Below are positions 62,202 to 64,000 of a DNA stretch of 64,000 nucleotides, in pieces. The translations under genes and the position numbers were made by a program. This DNA comes from Salpingoeca rosetta (Eukaryota > Protista > Choanoflagellata). The DNA lies in the NCBI GenBank assembly GCA_033442325.1, contig JAWQFM010000012.1:1189577-1253576 (forward strand). Reading direction: 5' to 3'. How positions within the stretch are numbered: the first letter of the stretch is position 1; each line of letters opens with the position of its first letter. The notes beneath the pieces are model-generated. The model did not search any database. It worked only from the letters and a program-made list of their open reading frames with translations, and was not told the DNA's origin.

Positions 62202-62502
62202 GCTTGTCGCTGTGGAGTGGTGCACGATTGCACGGCGTCACACACAAACAAAATAAACACACAGCCTCAGTCTCGACTGTCAGCTGCCAAGAAACAAGCC
62301 AGCAAGCCAAGCAAGCAAGATGGAAGCGACGCGCCACAAGAAGAAGAACAACAATGATAAGAACGGGGCTCACTTCCCACCACCACACAGCCGTCAAGGT
62401 CGCAACGAACGCTGTTGTGCTGCTGGGCGGTTGGCGTTGTTTTGCTGCTGCTCTTCCAATTGCTGAGTCAGCAAAAAACTCGACAACCAACCACAAGCCA
62501 CG
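62202..62502. promoter_or_regulatory. Probable bidirectional promoter (CTDSPL2 / TRMO)
   Basis: Divergent ATGs ~300 bp apart. Confidence 0.5.
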
Positions 62503-63016
62503 ATGGCGGACAACGAGGAGATGCAAGGCAAAGAGGAGGAGGTGCAGCAGGAGGTGGTGCAAGAGCTTGAGCCTGAGGTGGTGGCGGTGCGCGATGCCGC
62601 CACGCTGGTTGGCGATGGCGATGGTGATGCTGATGCTGATGGTGCACGGGAGCTGCGACAGAAGCGGCGAGAGCTGGAAGGACAGGTGAAGTCTGCAAAG
62701 GCAGAGCTGGTGCGGTTGCAGTGCCAGCTGCGGGACTTCTCCTCAAAGCACTTTCGGCAAATGGAGCACCTGCGCTTTCTCATCAACAACCGCCTGCACG
62801 CAAAGGCGGAGGATCCTGCAGACAGCGAACGTGAAAGGGCCACACCAGCAACAGCAGCAGCAACAACAGCAGCAACAGCAGCAACAACAACAGCATCAGC
62901 AAAGCAGTCGCTTTCGTCACAGAAGGGCGAAGACACTAATGAGCACGCAGACTGGAAGGAGGCCATCAAACCCATTGGCTACCTCAAGTCCTGCTTCAAG
63001 CGCAAGGTGCAAACTT

Positions 63017-63093
<77 letters not shown>

Positions 63094-63363
63094 TTGTCTT
63101 CCTCCTCTGCTTTGGTTTGTTCTCCGTGAAATTCACGAAGCTCCTTCACAACTCAATCCACTGCTGCGGCAGAATGGCACGCCGAGGCAAGCCAACCTGT
63201 GCCCCGATTCCGCTGCATATCTGCAGGTGACCGCCTTCAGCAACTCCGACCACGCCCTGGAGGGCCTGGCGCACTTTTCTCACGTCTGGCTCGTGTTCTA
63301 CTTTCACCTCAACGACAACATCTCCGTGAAAGCCAAGGTTGTCCAGCGTAGCGGGGTGTGTGT

Positions 63364-63396
<33 letters not shown>

Positions 63397-63785
63397 GTGT
63401 GTATGTATGTGTCTGTGTCTGTGTCTGTGTCTGTGTCTGTGTCTGTGTGTGTGTGTGCACGAGTGGCTGAGTGAGTCTGACTGTCTTCATTAATTCTCGC
63501 CTTGTGCCACGGCGAATCTATCCCTCTGTCAGTCTGCCTGTCCCGTATTGCCGAATTCATTGCAGCGCTCTTGAAACGAAGCCACCATCGCAGCCAGTCA
63601 GATGCATCTCACGCTCTTTGCGTCCTATACACACCGCCCGCCTTCAGATCCGGCCGCCAAAGCTTGACGGCGTTCGCGTCGGTGTCATGAGCACGCGGTC
63701 CCCGCACCGCCCAAACCCAATTGGCCTCAGCCTGGTTGAGCTCGCAAAGGTGCAGGGTGACACACTCTTCTTCAACGGCATTGAC
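62503..63785 (+). CDS. TRMO: tRNA (adenine(37)-N6)-methyltransferase TrmO/TsaA with N-terminal coiled coil; continues beyond the window
   Basis: IKPIGYLKSCFKRK|NGTPRQ...LEGLAHFSHVWLVFYFHLN...KAK|IRPPKLDGVRVGVMSTRSPHRPNPIGLS...FNGID; exons ~62503-63006, 63173-63337, 63648-63785. Confidence 0.9.
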
Positions 63786-64000
63786 GTGAGTTGGCCGTCT
63801 TGACAGCCAGGTTTTTGATGATGGTTGCAATGGGGGAGAGGGAGGTTGGCGCTGGCTGGCTGGTTGAATTGCCTACTGATGTGTGTTGATCTTGCTCACT
63901 TGGTTGTGAGTCGCTGGCTGAGTTGTGTTGTGTTGGTCCGCGTCGTGCTTTGAGTCGAGACAGTCGCCTCCCAAACCCTTAGTCTCATCACCACCGCCCC

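Overview
Eukaryotic, intron-rich genomic DNA with GC-rich exons, (CA)n/(GT)n microsatellites in most introns, and two assembly gaps (5838-6677, 31323-31422). The style and gene content fit a choanoflagellate such as Salpingoeca rosetta (inference, not a database result). Nine protein-coding loci were reconstructed by hand-splicing: (1) the 3' part of a FERM protein (+); (2) a secreted cyclophilin + 2xShKT protein (-); (3) JMJD4 (+); (4) a large type-I membrane protein combining dermatopontin, Sushi, EGF, FN3 and PAN modules with a Bacteroidota-like core (-); (5) an apparently truncated adenosine-deaminase-like gene (+); (6) an intronless myristoylation-motif/ankyrin/SAM/AAA gene (-); (7) a ~30 kb gene for a ~8,500 aa cadherin-superfamily protein (-); (8) CTDSPL2/SCP4 phosphatase (-); (9) TRMO/TsaA (+, runs off the window). 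The standout is the giant cadherin. It has a signal peptide but no visible TM or cytoplasmic tail. It is built from ~30 classical EC repeats, ~18 repeats of a type typical of bacterial giant adhesins, six LamG modules with calsyntenin-like flanks, and a WAP domain inserted inside an EC repeat. All family assignments come from motif recognition, not from searches.
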